A stretch of 64,000 nt of DNA. Origin: Microcoleus sp. GTDB taxonomy: Bacteria > Cyanobacteriota > Cyanobacteriia > Cyanobacteriales > Microcoleaceae. Both the position numbers and the translations under genes were made by a program. The stretch lies in the NCBI GenBank assembly GCA_052279835.1, contig CP181291.1:3936001-4000000 (forward strand). The letters are read 5' to 3'. Below the pieces are notes generated by a model. The model saw only the letters and a list, made by a program, of their open reading frames with translations. It was not told the origin of the DNA and did not search any database. Shown here one piece after another: positions 43,201 through 53,324 of the stretch (position 1 is its first letter; each line of letters starts with the position of its first letter).

Positions 43201-43501
43201 TCGATCGTCTTTTAAACCCGCCCCCACCCAACGGAAAATCCCCATCTACCTGTAGGAGTCTGTTTATCAACCAATGGGGCCGGGGCGGGTTTTTGAGATT
43301 GTTAGTTTATCGAATTTATTATATAAGTAGGGGCGGGTTTTACCAACAATAATTGTCTAAAATCGATCATCTTTTAAACCCGCCCCCACCCAACGGAAAA
43401 TCCCCATCTACCTGTAGGAGTCTGTTTATCAACCAATGGGGCCGGGCCGGGTTTTTGAGATTGTTAGTTTGAGGCGATGATGGTTGGTAAAACCCGCCCC
43501 T
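43201..43501. repeat. Cluster of REP-like GGGGCGGGTTT...AAACCCGCCCC units within a ~108-bp direct duplication (period 162)
   Basis: 43201-43308 is nearly identical to 43363-43470. Confidence 0.85.
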
Positions 43502-43520
43502 TGTATCTTAAAAGAGTGAG

Positions 43521-43920
43521 TCAGTCGATCGCCACGTCATTGATTCAATCATACCGACTTTCAGGCGATCGAGCCGACTTTCAGGCGATCGTACCGATAA
43601 TCAGGTGATCAAGCCAACAATCAGGCGATCGTACCAACAATCAGACGATCGTACCGACAATCAGTCGATCGTACCGACAATCAGTCGATCGTACCGACAA
43701 TCAGTCGATCGTACCGACAACCAGTCGATCGTACCGACAACCAGTCGATCGTACCGACAACCAGTCGATCGTACCGACAACCAGTCGATTGTACCGACAA
43801 CCAGTCGATCGTACCGATCATCAGGCGATCGTACCGACAACCAGTCGATTGTACCGACAACCAGTCGATCGTACCGATCATCAGGCGATCGTACCGACAA
43901 CCAGTCGATCGAGCCTCTAA
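43521..43920 (+). repeat. About 20 x 20-bp tandem array (consensus (C/T)CAGTCGATCGTACCGACAA) inside the IS110 left end
   Basis: Units counted directly; degenerate at the edges. Confidence 0.95.
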
Positions 43921-43983
43921 GCAAAGCGAATCTAAAGAAACAAGGAAAGTTTAGTACAAATGGTTCTGTAACAGCAGAAAGTG

Positions 43984-44159
43984 TTCTGATAGGACATCAG
44001 AAATCGGTGAAGTTGGCCCGCCCCTTAGACTGCATAAGTCTGTTGCGTAGATAAGCGGACATTACTGATGACAGGCGCACCTAAAACTGGACAGTATCTT
44101 AGGCTCTCGGCATTATCGGGAAAGCCTGCATTGACAAGGTTAGTATTCAATTGCCTGTC
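43984..44159 (+). ncRNA. IS110 bridge RNA (5' hairpin, target-binding loop, donor-binding loop)
   Basis: Stems 43984-90/43996-44002, 44004-10/44062-68 and 44070-77/44152-59; guides CCCGCCCCT, GTAG, ACAGTATCT, ACAAG. Confidence 0.85.
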
Positions 44160-44197
44160 GGTTCTTTCATAAAATCGGAGTACATCTGGAGCAAACA

Positions 44198-45170
44198 ATG
44201 ACATCAACAGTCTTAGGTATAGACATCAGTAAAAGAGACTTTTATGTCTCATTACTGAAAGAAGGTCCTGCGACAAAACCCAAAAAATTCACTAACAATA
44301 TTCAAGGGTTTGAGAGTTTACATAACTGGCTTCAACAACAAAATGTAGTAGAACTCCATGCTTGCATGGAAGCTACTAGCATCTATGGAGAAGCCTTAGC
44401 CGAATTCCTTTATGGGGAAGGCTTTCAGGTAAGTATCGTCAATCCCGCTCGTATTAAAGGGTTTGCCAAAAGCGAACTTCTGAGAACTAAAACTGACTCC
44501 GTAGATGCAGCATTAATTGCCCGTTTTTGTGCGGCAATGAAACCATCATTATGGACACCTACCGCACCCGAAGTTAAGGAATTACAAGCCCTGTTACGGC
44601 GGCTCGAATCAGTCACCGAAATGATGACGAGCGAACAAAACCGTTTGGAAACAGCTACGCCAACTGTTGCTGCCCTTACCCAGTCACATTTGGACTATCT
44701 CAAACAGCAACAACAACTAATCAAAAAACTGATTAGCGACCATTTTGACCAACACCCACATTTAAAACAACAGCGTGACCTCTTGACCTCAATTCCTGGA
44801 ATTGGTGAACAGACAGCATCCGTGTTGTTAGCTGAAATTCGTGATGTTTCCGATTACAACAATGCCCGTCAACTAGCAGCTTATGCGGGTTTAACACCCT
44901 GTGAGCGCAGTTTCTGGGACTTCAGTTAAAGGCAAAACTCGTTTGTCCTGCACCGGCAATGTCCGACTCCGAAAGGCGTTGTACTTGCCTGCGGTAGTGG
45001 CGATGCGTTACAACCCGTTGCTGAAAGCTATGAGTGACCGATTATTGGGACGTGGAAAGGTCAAAATGCAGGTGATTGGCGCTCTGATGAGGAAATTGGT
45101 GCATTTGGCTTTTGGGATTTTAAAGTCCCAAAAGCCCTTCGATCCTAATTATTTGACTGCTACCCCTTGA
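44198..45170 (+). CDS. IS110 DEDD recombinase; +1 frameshift at 44911-44913
   Basis: GIDISK, MEATS, KTDSVDA; removing one T restores ERSSGTSVKG. Confidence 0.92.
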
Positions 45171-45203
45171 CAGGTCAAGACAGTATCTACAGCCAATAAT
45201 AAA

Positions 45204-45788
45204 TCACTCTTTTGTCAATACAAAAACACTTCCTTCATTCCCGCGCCCAATCCGCAAATCGCTATCCAAATAAGTAATATCCAGCCATCCCTGCTGTTCC
45301 CGTGCATCCATCCCAAAATCTATAGCAGCGAACTTTTTACCTGACTCAATTTCATTGATAAACTGCATCGGAGATTCATAGCCAATCAAGCTGCGTAAAC
45401 CTAAAATTGACCTATCAAATTTTACCTGCACTCGACGTTCTGAGGTTGCTTCAAATTTAGCTGCTACGCTAGCTATGGCTTCTAAGTAAGGCAATCCATA
45501 AAACTCTGCAATGTTATAAAGTTTAGATTCTTTAACTCGGATACATTGATAAATTTGACCTAGTTTTAATAAGGGAAAATTGTCAAAATTTAGCAACGAG
45601 CTGCTGGTAGTGTACAATAACCGCCAATCCCCATTTAACAGCTCTGCGGCTTCTACAGGGCGGGGTGTGGGGTTGAAATCTTCCAATTGGGCGATCGCAC
45701 TTAAAATCGCCTGTTTGTCGCTGGGAGTGGCGAGCAAGCCGCGATTTTTACCCGCAATTATTTCTAATAGTCCAGATTTTCCAATCAT
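45204..45788 (-). CDS. PAP/fibrillin family protein
   Basis: LNGDWRLLYTTS...GWLDITYLDSDLRIGRGNEGSVFVL. Confidence 0.9.
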   Translation of the reverse strand: MIGKSGLLEIIAGKNRGLLATPSDKQAILSAIAQLEDFNPTPRPVEAAELLNGDWRLLYTTSSSLLNFDNFPLLKLGQIYQCIRVKESKLYNIAEFYGLPYLEAIASVAAKFEATSERRVQVKFDRSILGLRSLIGYESPMQFINEIESGKKFAAIDFGMDAREQQGWLDITYLDSDLRIGRGNEGSVFVLTKE

Positions 45789-45875
45789 GATTTTATTTGT
45801 TGACTGTTGACTGTTATTTGTTGTTAGCTGCTACCAATCACTAACAACAAATAACAAATAACTAATGACTAATGA

Positions 45876-47552
45876 CTAATGACTAATGACTAAGATGCCA
45901 AACTTCACAAAATAGAGCAGAGTCCGATATAGGTCTGCTAATTCTTGCTGGTTTTTAACATAGCGTGCGATCGCGTCTCCCACGCTGACAGCACCTTCTT
46001 GCTTAATTGTCTCCAAGATCTCCATCTGAATGCTAACAGAAATTCTCCGGTCTTGACCAAAACTGGTAAACCAAATGGTTTGTAACTGCCTCACAAGTTC
46101 CGGTGTGGCTATTTTACCCAGACTCAGCATCATCTCATTGCTTAAAGTTCGAGTCGAATAATGGCTTAACACCCGAAATGGATCGTCACCCAGGGGATAA
46201 GGTGGCATTCCTGGTTTTACAGGGGCAGATTCTGGTGCAAGAAGGCGAATTTCTGCCAATTCTCGCCACAACTGTTCGTAAGCGGCAATTACCACTTTCC
46301 AATCATAAACTTCCCTGGCTCTTTGTCGGGCATTTTCCCCCATCCGCTTTCTCAATTTGCTGTCTGCAATTAATTGACACAAAGCGCGAGTGCAAGCATC
46401 GATGTCAACCGCTGTGGCTAGGGAAGTATGACCCATGTAAGTGGGCCAATTTAAACTATCATCTAGATAATTTATGGCTAAGTCTAAACAAGATTCCGGT
46501 GGCGGTATCAGTGTGGGAATTCTGAAACCATCTATTTCGTGGCGGACTGATTCTTTGTATCCGTTCCAATCGGAGACTATACAGGGCAATCCATTCGCCA
46601 TCGCTTCAATGGGGGTCAGCCCAAAGGTTTCTTGAATGTTGTCGGAAAGCGAAATAAAAATATCGGCCGCCGACCAAATATTGACTCTAATTTCTGGCTT
46701 TCTTCCGTCTAAGAAAATAGTATTTACTGAGGGACAAAATACTTTGGCGCTGTTTTTAAAGTCGGGTTCTTCTCTCGGATCTTCGATCCAACCGGCTTGG
46801 ATTAAGTGAATTTTAGTCTTGGTTTGTTGCGCTGCGCCTTCCAGGGCCATGTACATTGGTACCGGATGAGCTTTTGCGGAAAAGGTTAATCTCCCGACAA
46901 ATAATACGACTATATCGTCGGCAGAAATTCCGAGTTCTTGCCGCTGTTGATGCCGACTATTGAGTGCGTCTACGCCTTGTGCAAAGGCGCTGCAATCGAC
47001 TCCTAGGGGAATAACTGGCAATTTGACCAAAATTTCGGGTTTACCGCCTGTACGCTGTGCTAGGTACTCGCCCCAGCTAGTCATTACTTGTTCGACGGTG
47101 TGTTTGACGGCGGCAGAGGTGCAGATGAGGGCGTCCCAAGGTTGTACTGGTGCTGTGACTAAATTTCCGATCGCATCCATGACATACTTAGTAGCGATCG
47201 TGTGGGTAACGCCGCAAACGCTGTAGGCCCGCTGATTGACAAATCGACGTCCCCAAACCATGTCTGAAAGAGCTGGATCGGGTCGGTAAATTGTACCAGG
47301 TGCAGATAGCAAATCGGGTCGCTCTGTCTTAATCCACCGGACTTTCCGAGGTTGGGACAGCCAGGGCTGAATGCGGGTACAAAACTCTTGAAATGTGGCT
47401 TCGCTGTCGGCGCAACAGTAGAGAGAGTCCGCAGTTCCGTGTTGGACGAAGCTTTTGAGAAATCCTTCTCCGGCGGAATGACGCCCTAGAAGCCTTTTGC
47501 CACCTGTGTCGTAGCCATCCTTGGTGTATAAAACTGCTGCTGTTATGTCCAT
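45876..47552 (-). CDS. Glycosyltransferase family 4
   Basis: DNIQETFGLTPIEAMANGLP. Confidence 0.88.
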   Translation of the reverse strand: MDITAAVLYTKDGYDTGGKRLLGRHSAGEGFLKSFVQHGTADSLYCCADSEATFQEFCTRIQPWLSQPRKVRWIKTERPDLLSAPGTIYRPDPALSDMVWGRRFVNQRAYSVCGVTHTIATKYVMDAIGNLVTAPVQPWDALICTSAAVKHTVEQVMTSWGEYLAQRTGGKPEILVKLPVIPLGVDCSAFAQGVDALNSRHQQRQELGISADDIVVLFVGRLTFSAKAHPVPMYMALEGAAQQTKTKIHLIQAGWIEDPREEPDFKNSAKVFCPSVNTIFLDGRKPEIRVNIWSAADIFISLSDNIQETFGLTPIEAMANGLPCIVSDWNGYKESVRHEIDGFRIPTLIPPPESCLDLAINYLDDSLNWPTYMGHTSLATAVDIDACTRALCQLIADSKLRKRMGENARQRAREVYDWKVVIAAYEQLWRELAEIRLLAPESAPVKPGMPPYPLGDDPFRVLSHYSTRTLSNEMMLSLGKIATPELVRQLQTIWFTSFGQDRRISVSIQMEILETIKQEGAVSVGDAIARYVKNQQELADLYRTLLYFVKFGILVISH

Positions 47553-47992
47553 TCTGGGATTTCTCGTCCTTGATGCAAGTTGTAGAGATATTCACTGGGA
47601 AATCTTTAATAACCCAAAAGCGATAAAAGCTTTACTCTAAAAGAGTTTGAGCTTTTGAGATTGGATGTGTAGAGTGGATGGGATGGATTCAATGGTCGAT
47701 CGCCATTTATCCGAATATATCCGAGGAGAAGTGACAAAATCTGGTTTCAAACTAAAATATTACTGCAAAAAGATGATGACTCCGAACGGATTTTGTGCTA
47801 ATCTAGCGGCCAAGCCTGGGTACGATCGCCTTAACCATAGGCCATCGTACCTCGATCCGGAACCAAAAGGAGCCTGTGGTATAATGCTTTAGCTCTGCTA
47901 AATACCCGATTTCCAAGGCTACATCAAAGTAGTGGTGAGGCAAGCAAATTACCTCAATTCGATCGAGTATTTGTGTTTAAAAACCGAGAATT

Positions 47993-48232
47993 ATGTACAA
48001 CCCATCTCTGCGTCAAATACCCCGCCATCTACCTGCTGATGTCATTCCATTAAAGCAGCAATCTTCTCTGTTAGATTGGCTGGAATCTACCAATCGCCTG
48101 TTAGCAAGGGATGTTCAAGAACCGGACTATCTACACGAAGAAGAAATCTCAGAATTGATGGCAGTTGACGACAACCCCTATGATGACTTAGACGACGAAG
48201 TTGATGACGATGTGGCTGCTGGCGATGACTAA
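47993..48232 (+). CDS. DUF3134-like protein
   Basis: MYNPSLR...SLLDWLESTNRL with acidic tail; upstream of mraY. Confidence 0.75.
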   Translation: MYNPSLRQIPRHLPADVIPLKQQSSLLDWLESTNRLLARDVQEPDYLHEEEISELMAVDDNPYDDLDDEVDDDVAAGDD

Positions 48233-48449
48233 CGACTAATAGACATCTCCTAAAAAGAAAGTCAAGAACAAGCTAAAGGGCTGGTTCTACAATAATTACG
48301 GGAGAAGTCTAATACCGACTAAGAGGGTGCAGCACTTAGCTAGTAACAGGGAAGACAAAAACTCATAACTTCCCCGATAGTCAATGCCATACCCAAATTA
48401 CCAAAATGTCAATTTTCTTGTTATCAAATGGTGTGTGGTGAGGAGTTTT

Positions 48450-49565
48450 ATGGATAACTTTTTGGATGAGAAAGTTTCTTTGAGTATGCCTTTAAAACTT
48501 ACAGGCAGGAATTTATTCCTGCTGCTGAGTTTGGGGCTCGGCATTGCATCTATCGGTTTAGATTTGGCCGCTGGTAGATTTTTAAATTCACCTACATCCC
48601 TATTTATACCGCTAGTTGTTTGTGCTTTGTGCGCAGCGGGTTTGGGTTCTGTAGTTGTACCTTTACTTCAAAAACTCAAAGCCGGACAAATAATCCGCGA
48701 GGACGGCCCTCAAGCACACTTGAAAAAAGCGGGAACCCCCACCATGGGAGGCATATTTTTTGTGCCTGTAGGAGTCGCTGTAGCCTTACTTTGGTCTAGG
48801 TTTAACTCTGATGTGGTGGCAGTTTCTGCTCTAACTTTAGCTTACGGTTTTATCGGCTGGTTGGATGACTGGCAAATTCTGCGCCGCAAGTCGAATAAAG
48901 GTATTTCTCCTCGGATGAAGTTGGCTTTGCAAATAGGTTTTGCTGCTCTATTTTGTCTGTGGCTAATGTTTCATCAACCCACTATTTCTACAAATATTCC
49001 TTTGCCATTTGGGATAGTATTGCCCTTAGGTTTGCTGTTTTGGCCGCTGGCTGGTTTTGTGCTGGTTGCCGAAAGCAATGCTACTAATCTTACGGATGGC
49101 GTTGACGGATTGATGGGTGGTTTGGGGGCGATCGCACTTTTAGGATTAGGTGCATCTGTAGCTTCAACTTCACCCGAATTAATGATATTTTGTGTCTGTA
49201 TGAGCGGCAGTTGTTTGGGTTTCTTGACTCACAACCGCAATCCAGCCCGCGTGTTTATGGGCGATACAGGTGCCTTGGCCTTGGGAGGTGCTTTGGCTGC
49301 GGTAGCTTTATTAACTAATAGCCTTTGGATATTATTAATCATCAGCATCATTTTCTTGGTAGAAACGCTGTCAGTCATAGCTCAAGTCAGTTATTACAAG
49401 GCTACAAAAGGGCCCGATGGCATCGGCAAGCGTCTGTTAAAAATGGCTCCTCTGCACCATCATTTAGAGTTGTCTGGCTGGTTAGAAACTCAGGTTGTAG
49501 GTATATTTTATTTGACTAACGCCTTGCTGGTGTTAATGATTGTTTTGTTGACGGGCAACAGTTGA
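48450..49565 (+). CDS. mraY: Phospho-N-acetylmuramoyl-pentapeptide transferase
   Basis: KAGTPTMGG, NLTDGVDGL, FMGDTG, MAPLHHHLE. Confidence 0.95.
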   Translation: MDNFLDEKVSLSMPLKLTGRNLFLLLSLGLGIASIGLDLAAGRFLNSPTSLFIPLVVCALCAAGLGSVVVPLLQKLKAGQIIREDGPQAHLKKAGTPTMGGIFFVPVGVAVALLWSRFNSDVVAVSALTLAYGFIGWLDDWQILRRKSNKGISPRMKLALQIGFAALFCLWLMFHQPTISTNIPLPFGIVLPLGLLFWPLAGFVLVAESNATNLTDGVDGLMGGLGAIALLGLGASVASTSPELMIFCVCMSGSCLGFLTHNRNPARVFMGDTGALALGGALAAVALLTNSLWILLIISIIFLVETLSVIAQVSYYKATKGPDGIGKRLLKMAPLHHHLELSGWLETQVVGIFYLTNALLVLMIVLLTGNS

Positions 49566-49887
49566 CCGCGAATTGGGTAAGGCATTGTGCAGGGGATGTA
49601 AGAGATATTTTATACTATTCTCAATAACAGGCAAGATGCCTGTTCCACAAGAATTCAAAGGTAGTTGTGGAATGGGCATCTTGCCCGTTTAAGGCTCATA
49701 AGTTATAATTTCGAGAATTGATATCCCCAGTTAATGCAATAGACATCTCCCATAATTATTGTGGAACAGGCAGGATGCTTGTTCTTGACAAGCTTTTTGG
49801 GAGATGTCTAATGGAACTTAATAACGCTTTTTAATTATTTGAATGAACCGCGAAGACGCGAAGAGCGCGAAGGAAGAGTTGTTTTGA

Positions 49888-50913
49888 ATGATTAAAATGT
49901 TTTTACCCGAAGTTTCGGTGGTAGTGCCAATTTACAACGGCGAGGCGGATTTGCCGGAGTTAATTGAGTGTTTGCGATCGCAAACTTATCCACCAGACAA
50001 AGTAGAATATATATTAGTAGACAACAACAGTCGCGATCGCACTTCAGCAATCCTCGAAACAGCAGCCTCTAACCCCCCCTCAGTCCCCCCCTTGGTAAGG
50101 GGGGGAGGTAAGATAGGAGTTTCTAACCCTACTTTGGTAAGGGAGGGAGGGAATTTGGATAGAATAACTATTCGCCACCTCACTGAAAACCAGATTCAAA
50201 GTTCCTACGCCGCCCGCAACCAAGGAATTCACAACTCGAAAGGTGAAATCATTGCCTTTACTGATGCAGACTGTCGCCCGGAATCTGACTGGCTGGAAAA
50301 TTTAGTTAAGCCTTTTGTGAATCCAGAAATCGCGATTTCCGCCGGGGAAATACTCGCATTGCCCGGTAAAACTATTTTAGAACAACACGCCGATCGCCAA
50401 AATACTCTATCTCAAAAACATACACTCGCTCACCCTTTTTGTGCCTACGGCCAAACTGCCAATTTAGCTGTACGCAGACAAGTTTTAGCAGAAGTTGGTT
50501 TATTTCGCCCCTACCTTACGAGTGGTGGCGATGCGGATTTGTGCTGGCGGATTTTGCGGGAAACATCTTATAAGTTGGATTTTGTCGAAAGTGCCATTGT
50601 GCGACACCGACACCGCAGTACATTAAAACAGTTGCAAAGTCAATGGTATCGGTACGGTGAATCTAATAAATACTTGCACGAACTCCACGGTGTCGATTTG
50701 ATGCGAGAATTGACAACACAGGAATATTTGTATCGGCTGGCGAGGTGGCTGTTGAAGGAATTGCCGGTTGCTGCGGTCAAAAGCGCGATCGACAGGAAGA
50801 ATCTGGTAGATTTGTTCAATACGCCGATCGGTCTAGTGAATGTTAGGTCAAGGGCGATCGGACAGCTAAGAGCGAAACTTCCCGAATCCGCTTGGGAAAT
50901 AGAGCCGTTTTAA
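49888..50913 (+). CDS. Glycosyltransferase family 2 with in-frame repeat insertion
   Basis: SVVVPIYN, VDNNS, FTDADC. Confidence 0.88.
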   Translation: MIKMFLPEVSVVVPIYNGEADLPELIECLRSQTYPPDKVEYILVDNNSRDRTSAILETAASNPPSVPPLVRGGGKIGVSNPTLVREGGNLDRITIRHLTENQIQSSYAARNQGIHNSKGEIIAFTDADCRPESDWLENLVKPFVNPEIAISAGEILALPGKTILEQHADRQNTLSQKHTLAHPFCAYGQTANLAVRRQVLAEVGLFRPYLTSGGDADLCWRILRETSYKLDFVESAIVRHRHRSTLKQLQSQWYRYGESNKYLHELHGVDLMRELTTQEYLYRLARWLLKELPVAAVKSAIDRKNLVDLFNTPIGLVNVRSRAIGQLRAKLPESAWEIEPF

Positions 50914-51374
50914 TATTTTAGAGCCATCAATCATGGATTCCATCGAAAGTGCGATCGACCGTTCTCGCTTTGTATACAAACTTGTTTATCAATAAGTAAA
51001 AACACTGATACATCGAGTCCGCTGGCGATCGGATCTCAAATCCGTTGGTATCGTCATGTATTCATCTCTCTCTTCTCCTCCTCTGTGCCCTCTGCGCTCT
51101 CTGCGGTTAAATCATTCCGATACAACCGTAAACGATATTATAAGTAGAGTTTATAGGTACAGATAAATATGGTGAATCAGAAATCTGAAAATTTAACGCA
51201 ATACTTAATATAAAATTAATAAGTCTATTCTGAAGCGCCTAGTCTCAAGACAACCAGTAACTGGAAGACTGACGCAAAAAATGCCTCTACTTCTGAATTC
51301 TGGCTTTCCCATACTGTAGTCAGCGCGATCGGAATTATTCTCAGATTATTAAATTTTTGTAACCTTTACAGGTA

Positions 51375-53240
51375 ATGCCAATGGCTCAAATCCTACTCCA
51401 GACCGTTTGGTTTATACCTTGCTATCCACTTATCGGCGGAGTTTTGTCGATACTGTGGTTTCCGGCTGTCACCCGTCGCACGGGGCCAAGGCCATCGGGT
51501 TATCTTAATGCCATCTTCACATTCCTGGCTTTCGTACACGGCGTCATCGCCCTCACAGCTATCTGGAACCAACCGGCGCAACAGCAGTTCATACCCTGGC
51601 TGAATGTCGCAGGTTTAGACTTAACCATTCCCGTCGAAATCTCTAGTGTCACCGTCGGGGCGACAGTTTTGGTTACGGGACTGAACTTGCTGGCGCAGAT
51701 TTATGCCTTTGGTTACATGGAAATGGACTGGGGCTGGGCTAGGTTCTTTTCCCTGATGGGGCTGTTTGAAGCGGGGATGTGTGGCTTAGTGCTCTGCAAT
51801 TCCCTGTTTTTCAGTTACATGATTTTGGAAGTTCTCACTTTGGGCACCTACCTGCTAGTGGGGCTGTGGTTCAATCAGTCTTTGGTGGTTACAGGAGCTC
51901 GCGATGCTTTCTTAACCAAGCGGGTAGGAGATTTATTCCTGCTGATGGGAGTAGTCGCCATTCTACCTTTGGCTGGAACTTGGAATTTTGATGAGTTGGC
52001 CGTGTGGGCTCAAACAGCGAACCTCGACCCTACTGTCGCCGCCCTGTTGGCCTTGGCTTTGATTGCCGGCCCCATGGGGAAATGCGCTCAGTTTCCCTTG
52101 CACCTGTGGCTGGATGAAGCGATGGAAGGGCCTCTGCCGGCCACGATTTTGCGGAACACTGTAGTTGTCGAAACCGGTGCTTGGATTTTGATTAAGTTGC
52201 AGCCGGTGATTGCTTTGTCATCGATTGGGGTGACAACAACTATTGTTGTGGGTGCGGCGACGGCGGTGGGTGCTTCCTTAATTGCGATCGCCCAAATCGA
52301 CATCAAGCGCACGCTTTCCTATATAGTTAGCTCATACATGGGCTTAGTATTTATCGCCGTCGGCACGGGACAAGCCGAAACCGCCCTGACATTGATCTTT
52401 GCCTACAGCTTAGCAATGGGTTTGTTGGTAATGAGCATCGGTTCAGTAGTTTGGAACAGCATCACTCAGGATGTCCGAGCTCTCGGCGGTTTGTGGGGAA
52501 AGCGGCCGATATCTGCCATATCCTTTATTGTCGGTAGCGCTGGATTGGTGGGACTGCCGCCCTTTGGCTGTTTCTGGGCTTTAGAAGAATTCACATCCGG
52601 GCTTTGGGAAACTCACCCTTTGCTGTTAGGAATAGTTTTGTTTGTCAACGGTGTCACTGCTTTTGGCTTGGTGCGCGTCTTCGGTTTAGTTTTTGGTGGC
52701 AAACCAAAGCAAATGACTGAACGTTCGCCGGAAGTTCACTGGCCTTTCATCTTGCCGATGATGATTTTAATGGGCTTTACTTTGCACGTTCCCCATCTGC
52801 TGGCCGCGTGGCACTTATTGCCTTGGGCAAGTTTGAATTATACCACCACTGGATTGTTAGTTTTGTCCACTGCGATCGGCATCGGTACGGGAGCATTGGT
52901 TTACTTGAACGAAAAATGGGAAAAACCAGTGCGAATTGGTTCCGAAGCCCTACAAGACTTTTTTGCTTACGACTTTTACACCGCCCAACTTTATCGCGTG
53001 ACAGTGATATTTGCCGTTGGTTTAGTGGCTCAAATTATCTCTTGGATCGATCGCAATTTGGTTGATGGGTTCGTAAATCTAGTCGGTTTAGCAACAGTTT
53101 TTGGCGGGCAAAGTCTCAAGTACAACGTTAACGGTCAAACTCAGTTTTATGCCCTAACAATTCTGTTCGGAGTTGCACTTTTAGGACTCATCGTAAGCTG
53201 GCCATTGCTAGCTCGTCTGTCACTGATTGTGGGCGGATAA
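51375..53240 (+). CDS. ndhF3: NDH-1 subunit F3 (CO2 uptake)
   Basis: RRTGPRP, CAQFPLHLWLDEAMEGP; clustered with cupA. Confidence 0.9.
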   Translation: MPMAQILLQTVWFIPCYPLIGGVLSILWFPAVTRRTGPRPSGYLNAIFTFLAFVHGVIALTAIWNQPAQQQFIPWLNVAGLDLTIPVEISSVTVGATVLVTGLNLLAQIYAFGYMEMDWGWARFFSLMGLFEAGMCGLVLCNSLFFSYMILEVLTLGTYLLVGLWFNQSLVVTGARDAFLTKRVGDLFLLMGVVAILPLAGTWNFDELAVWAQTANLDPTVAALLALALIAGPMGKCAQFPLHLWLDEAMEGPLPATILRNTVVVETGAWILIKLQPVIALSSIGVTTTIVVGAATAVGASLIAIAQIDIKRTLSYIVSSYMGLVFIAVGTGQAETALTLIFAYSLAMGLLVMSIGSVVWNSITQDVRALGGLWGKRPISAISFIVGSAGLVGLPPFGCFWALEEFTSGLWETHPLLLGIVLFVNGVTAFGLVRVFGLVFGGKPKQMTERSPEVHWPFILPMMILMGFTLHVPHLLAAWHLLPWASLNYTTTGLLVLSTAIGIGTGALVYLNEKWEKPVRIGSEALQDFFAYDFYTAQLYRVTVIFAVGLVAQIISWIDRNLVDGFVNLVGLATVFGGQSLKYNVNGQTQFYALTILFGVALLGLIVSWPLLARLSLIVGG

Positions 53241-53324
53241 ACAATAGTTTTAAGTTTTGAATCACTCTCCACTCTCCACTGTTAACCGTCAACCGTCCAC
53301 TGTCAACCATCAACCGTTTAAATT

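Larger units (their letters stand above)
43500..45188 (+). mobile_element. Complete IS110 (IS621-like) element with CT core at both ends
   Basis: Left junction cccgccc-CT-TGTAT; right junction ACAGTAT-CT-acag; both match guides in the internal ncRNA. Confidence 0.9.

Noticed and set aside
43521..43920. CRISPR array
   Set aside because: The units are contiguous with no unique spacers, and there are no cas genes in the window
43605..44054. Repeat-rich ORFs on both strands of the 20-bp array
   Set aside because: By-products of a stop-poor repeat; the + strand ORF runs into the bridge RNA
51135..51240. NdhR/CcmR LysR box upstream of ndhF3
   Set aside because: Only generic AT-rich T-N11-A matches; no convincing site
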